From Ilumatobacteraceae bacterium (lineage in GTDB: Bacteria; Actinomycetota; Acidimicrobiia; Acidimicrobiales; Ilumatobacteraceae): a DNA stretch of 64,000 bases. Shown here in pieces: positions 60,497-64,000 of the stretch. A program made the translations under genes and the position numbers. The DNA lies in NCBI GenBank assembly GCA_043721915.1, contig JAYSPV010000112.1:6386-70385 (forward strand). Direction: 5' to 3'. Below the pieces are notes generated by a model. That model saw only the letters and a program-made list of their open reading frames with translations. It did no database searches and was not told the origin of the DNA. Positions within the stretch are counted from its first letter, which is position 1; each line of letters starts with the position of its first letter.

Positions 60497-61060
60497 TCAG
60501 TCGGCGACGGTGATCGTGACCGAGTTGATCACGACGTCTTCACGCGGGCGGTCGCTGCGGTCGGTGTCGACCGACTGCATCGCAGCGAGGACTTCCATGC
60601 CCTTCACGATCTGGCCGAAGTGGTTGTACTGCGGCGGCAGGCCGACACCGCTGGGGCCACTGATCAAGAAGAACTGGCTGCCGTTGGTGTTGGGGCCGGC
60701 ATTGGCCATGGCCACCGAGCCGAGCTGGTAACGGGGCTTCACCGGCTCGTCGTTGAAGCGGTAGCCGGGGCCACCACGCCCGGTACCGGTGGGATCGCCG
60801 CCCTGGCACATGAAACCGTTGATGATGCGATGGAAGATGACGCCGTCGTAGTAGTGGTATCCGGCCAGGAACACGAAGTTGTTGACCGAGAGCGGAGCGT
60901 TGACAGCATCGAGCGCGATCACGATGGTGCCGAGGCTGGTCTCCATCGTGGCGGTGTAGCGCTTCGAGGTGTCGATGCCCATTGCGGGCGCCTGGTCGAA
61001 CTGCTGGGTCTTGGGCGCGGAGCCGTCAAGGGCGGGAAACGTGAAAGGCATGGGCGCCAC
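60497..61060 (-). CDS. Cyclophilin-type peptidyl-prolyl cis-trans isomerase
   Basis: FHRIINGFMCQGGDPTGTGRGGPGY and SVAMANAGPNTNGSQFFL motifs. Confidence 0.9.
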   Translation of the reverse strand: MAPMPFTFPALDGSAPKTQQFDQAPAMGIDTSKRYTATMETSLGTIVIALDAVNAPLSVNNFVFLAGYHYYDGVIFHRIINGFMCQGGDPTGTGRGGPGYRFNDEPVKPRYQLGSVAMANAGPNTNGSQFFLISGPSGVGLPPQYNHFGQIVKGMEVLAAMQSVDTDRSDRPREDVVINSVTITVAD

Positions 61061-61101
61061 GCTATCCGCCCGCGGTACGGGTTCTGGGTGCGCAGCGGCG
61101 G

Positions 61102-62598
61102 TCAGGTGTTGCGGGTGTTGTAGTCCGCGATGATGCCGTTGGACTGGTTCGCCGCAGCATCGAGCTCGGACTTCACGTCGGCGCCGTCGAAGATCGCCGC
61201 AACGGCGCTGGCGAGGACGGTGCGCACCTCGCGCAGCGGACCGACCACCGGCCCGCTGGACGTCAGGCCCGGGGGCGACGCTGCAAGCTGATCGTATGCC
61301 ACCGAGAAGCGAGGGTCGTTGGCGACGGTGCTCTTGTAGGGCGCCAGCGTTGAAGCGTCACTGCGGATCGGGATGTACCCCGTGGCGGCGGCCCACTGGC
61401 TCTGCTGCTCGGCACCCACCAGGTAGGTGATGAAGTCCCACGTGGCCGCAATGCGAACGGGATCGCCGCTGGCGACGGGCCACAACGAGGCGCCACCGAT
61501 CAGCGCGCCCGGCAGGCCGTCGGGGCCGGGCATCGGGCCGACGCCCACGTCGTCGGGGGCGAGCTGCGGGAACTGGCCACCGCCGAGCACGACCAACACC
61601 TGACCCAACGAGGCGCTGGTCGCGATCGTCATCGCCGCGGGCTCCGTCTCGTCGGCCAACTTGAGCAGGTTGTCGAACCCGGTCTGCGAGTTGTCGCCGA
61701 CGTTGACGGCCAAACCATCGGTGAGCATCGTCTGCAGGAACGTGAGCACGCTCACCCCTGTGTCGTTGTTGTAGAGCACCTTCGTGGCGCGGCTCGTGCG
61801 GCCGTTGTCGCCATCGACGTAGAACTCCTGCGCCTTGCAGAACCACTGCTCGACGTACCAGCCGCCACCCGAATCGAACCCGGTGTCGAGCGCGATGCCG
61901 TAGGTGGCGGCGCCCGAATCGACGATCTGCTGGCTGTACTGGCGCAGCTCCTCCAGCGACGTCGGCGGCTTCTCCGGGTCCAGGCCAGCGGCGGCGAACA
62001 CCTTCTTGTTGTAGAACATCACCGGGTTGGAGACGTTGAACGGCATCGCCCACTGCGCGCCCTGCGTCTCATAGGCAGCGAGCGCCGAGGGCAGGAACGC
62101 TGATGTGTCCAGCCCGCTCGATTCGATGCACTTGCCGACCGGCACCGTGCTCTCGGTGTCGACCATGGCCTGCACCTGATACTCGGGGAGCTGCACGAGA
62201 TCGGGGCGATCGCCCTGGTTGGAGAGGTAGTAGTTATCGGCGGTCTCCTCGTAGCTGCCCTGCACCAAGGTGACGTTCACCTTGTCCTGGCTGGCGTTGT
62301 ACGCATCGGTGAGCTTGACGACCTCCTCGCCGAGCGCCGCCGTCATGCTGTGCCAGAACGTGATGTCAGTGGTGCCCGTGGCTGAGGCAAGCGCATCGGT
62401 GGGGCAATCCGGCAAGGTGTCGAGCGCCACCGTGGTCGTGGTGGCGGCGATGGTCGTCTCCCCGGCGGGCAGTGACTCGATGGGGGGCGTGGTTGCCTTG
62501 TCGCCCGAATCGGTGATGTCGCCGCCGCCGCTGCATGCGCCGACCAGGCTGACGGCGAGCAGTGCGTACAGCCCGCGGTGGGTGCGTGAGGAGCGCAT
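61102..62598 (-). CDS. ABC transporter substrate-binding lipoprotein (carbohydrate type)
   Basis: Signal peptide with the LVGAC lipobox and a Thr/Pro linker. The 498-aa size fits the family, and it sits immediately downstream of two sugar-type permease genes (ATGA overlap). Confidence 0.75.
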   Translation of the reverse strand: MRSSRTHRGLYALLAVSLVGACSGGGDITDSGDKATTPPIESLPAGETTIAATTTTVALDTLPDCPTDALASATGTTDITFWHSMTAALGEEVVKLTDAYNASQDKVNVTLVQGSYEETADNYYLSNQGDRPDLVQLPEYQVQAMVDTESTVPVGKCIESSGLDTSAFLPSALAAYETQGAQWAMPFNVSNPVMFYNKKVFAAAGLDPEKPPTSLEELRQYSQQIVDSGAATYGIALDTGFDSGGGWYVEQWFCKAQEFYVDGDNGRTSRATKVLYNNDTGVSVLTFLQTMLTDGLAVNVGDNSQTGFDNLLKLADETEPAAMTIATSASLGQVLVVLGGGQFPQLAPDDVGVGPMPGPDGLPGALIGGASLWPVASGDPVRIAATWDFITYLVGAEQQSQWAAATGYIPIRSDASTLAPYKSTVANDPRFSVAYDQLAASPPGLTSSGPVVGPLREVRTVLASAVAAIFDGADVKSELDAAANQSNGIIADYNTRNT

Positions 62599-63434
62599 CA
62601 GCCCTTCACCGCCCCGGCAGTGAGACCACGGACGAGTTGGCGTTGGAAGACGACCAACAGAACGAAGATGGGAAGTGCGGCCACGACGAGTCCTCCTGTG
62701 ACGAGATTCAGCTTGCTGATGTCAGTGCCCTTGAGACGATCGAGACCGATCTGGATGGTCTCGTGATCTCGGTCTCCGCGAATCACCTGCGACGGCCACA
62801 GGTAAGCGTTCCAGGTACCGAGGAAGGTGAACAAACCGAGCGCACCGAGCGTCGGCCGGCTGAGCGGTGCAGCGACCTCCCACAGGAACCGCAGATGGCC
62901 GACGCCGTCGAGCGACGCGGCCTCGCGCAGCTCGCGCGGCAGTTGCAGGAACACCTGTCGGACGAGGAACACGCCGAAGGTGCTGGCCAACGACGGCACG
63001 ATCAAACCCTGGTAGCTGTTGATCCAGCCCAGCGAGTCCGCTGTCCGTTGGTTGAACAGCACGGTCACTTCCCCGGGCACCAGCATCGTTGCCAGGTAGA
63101 GGACGAACACGATCCCCTTGAACGGAAACTCGAGGAACGCGAAGGCATAGGCGGCCAGCAGGCTGGTGACGATCACCCCGGTCGTCACCACGACCGAGAC
63201 GAACAGGCTGTTGACAAGGAGACGATCGAGGTTGCCCAGGCGCCACGCGTCGCGGATCGTGTCGAAGGTGAGGTCGACGGGCAGCAGGGATCGCGGGTGA
63301 TCCAATGAATTCGGGCCGCTCTTCAGTGCCTGCAGCAGGACCGCGTAGATCGGGAACAGCACGAGGACCGCGATGAACGTGAGGAGGGCGTAGCGCCCGA
63401 ACTTCCGGGCCCCGCGGACGGTGTCAGCCGCCAT
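62598..63434 (-). CDS. Carbohydrate ABC transporter permease (MalG/UgpE-like)
   Basis: The EAA-loop-like LPRELREAASLDGVGHLRFLWEVAAPLSRP motif and six predicted TM helices. The start is taken at MAADTV (63434). Confidence 0.82.
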   Translation of the reverse strand: MAADTVRGARKFGRYALLTFIAVLVLFPIYAVLLQALKSGPNSLDHPRSLLPVDLTFDTIRDAWRLGNLDRLLVNSLFVSVVVTTGVIVTSLLAAYAFAFLEFPFKGIVFVLYLATMLVPGEVTVLFNQRTADSLGWINSYQGLIVPSLASTFGVFLVRQVFLQLPRELREAASLDGVGHLRFLWEVAAPLSRPTLGALGLFTFLGTWNAYLWPSQVIRGDRDHETIQIGLDRLKGTDISKLNLVTGGLVVAALPIFVLLVVFQRQLVRGLTAGAVKG

Positions 63435-64000
63435 AGTGCACCCGCTTCTCGAAGCCACGGAACTGGACGAGCGCGAACACCAGCGAGATCACGAACAACA
63501 GCACTGCGGCCGCAGCCTTCAAACCGATGTTGCCCTGGATGAGCGACGTGCGGCCGTAGATCAGGTACGGGATCGTGGTGGTGGACTTCTCCGGCTCCGG
63601 GCCGCCGCTGGTGAGCAGCGCCACCTCACCGTACGTCTGCAACGCACGAGTGGTGAGCACGACGGACGTGAACAGGATCGACGGCGACAACATCGGCAAG
63701 GTCACGTTGGTGAATCGCCGGAAGCTGCCGGCGCCATCGACGTAGGCGCTCTCGTAGAGCTCGCGGGGCACGCTCTGCAGCCCGGCCGTGATCACGATGA
63801 ACGTGAACCCGAGGCTGGCCCAGATGCTGCTGAGCGCAACGGCCGGCAATGCGGTGCTCGGGTCGCGCAGCAGGCCCGGGTTCTTCAGCGCCGGGAACCA
63901 GCCGCTGAACAGATCGGAGAGCACCCCGATCTCGGGCTGCAGCAGGACGAACCACACAAGGCTGGCCACCGCCACGCTGGTGGCGATCGTGCTGGAGAAG
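63424..64000 (-). CDS. Carbohydrate ABC transporter permease (MalF/UgpA-like), 5' end outside window
   Basis: The EAA loop LYESAYVDGAGSFRRFTNVTLPMLSP. The reading frame stays open to the right edge of the window. Confidence 0.8.
   Translation of the reverse strand, partial: FSSTIATSVAVASLVWFVLLQPEIGVLSDLFSGWFPALKNPGLLRDPSTALPAVALSSIWASLGFTFIVITAGLQSVPRELYESAYVDGAGSFRRFTNVTLPMLSPSILFTSVVLTTRALQTYGEVALLTSGGPEPEKSTTTIPYLIYGRTSLIQGNIGLKAAAAVLLFVISLVFALVQFRGFEKRVHYGG

Overview
This is a GC-rich window with strong GC3 bias, about two-thirds G+C by eye (not computed). It is almost fully coding and looks like an Actinomycetota chromosome. It may be Acidimicrobiia-like, because cytochrome b is split into b6 and subunit IV. 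All family calls come from reading the supplied translations for motifs; no database search was possible. The window is dominated by respiratory-chain genes. (1) Positions 1-10503 (minus) hold an 11-gene nuoABCDHIJKLMN operon with no nuoE/F/G; nuoN runs off the left edge. (2) Positions 24881-40002 (minus) hold a complete 14-gene nuoA-N operon. (3) Directly upstream and translationally coupled to it (40006-45246, minus) is a Rieske/cytochrome b6-type complex operon. It encodes a 3-TM protein, a 2x[4Fe-4S] ferredoxin, cytochrome b6, subunit IV, a Rieske protein, a di-haem cytochrome c and a 287-aa membrane protein. Items (2) and (3) together make about 20.4 kb and 21 co-directional genes. A membrane-anchored mono-haem cytochrome c is transcribed divergently from this unit. 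Between the two nuo operons lies a catabolic block (11631-21389). It contains a sphingosine-1-phosphate-lyase-like PLP enzyme, an FGGY kinase, a choline/ethanolamine-kinase-like protein, a frameshifted PPOX-type gene, an APC permease, a GATase, an aldehyde dehydrogenase and two tandem PuuD-like hydrolases. A 1052-aa BNR/sortilin-type repeat protein follows it. The right third carries menaquinone side-chain genes (a geranylgeranyl-reductase family gene and a polyprenyl synthase) split by a Uma2-family nuclease. It also carries clpC, a lipoprotein, radA, a DinB-like protein, an MBL hydrolase, an asparaginase-II-like protein, an AI-2E transporter, a YcaQ/AlkZ-like protein, a cyclophilin and part of a sugar ABC transporter. 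I saw no rRNA, tRNA, CRISPR array or IS/transposase. The most interesting signal is the ferredoxin-containing Rieske/cyt b6 operon fused to nuo. A tethered N-terminal peptide motif (TEIPEHLLKRxxA) is shared by subunit IV (two copies) and the divergent cytochrome c.
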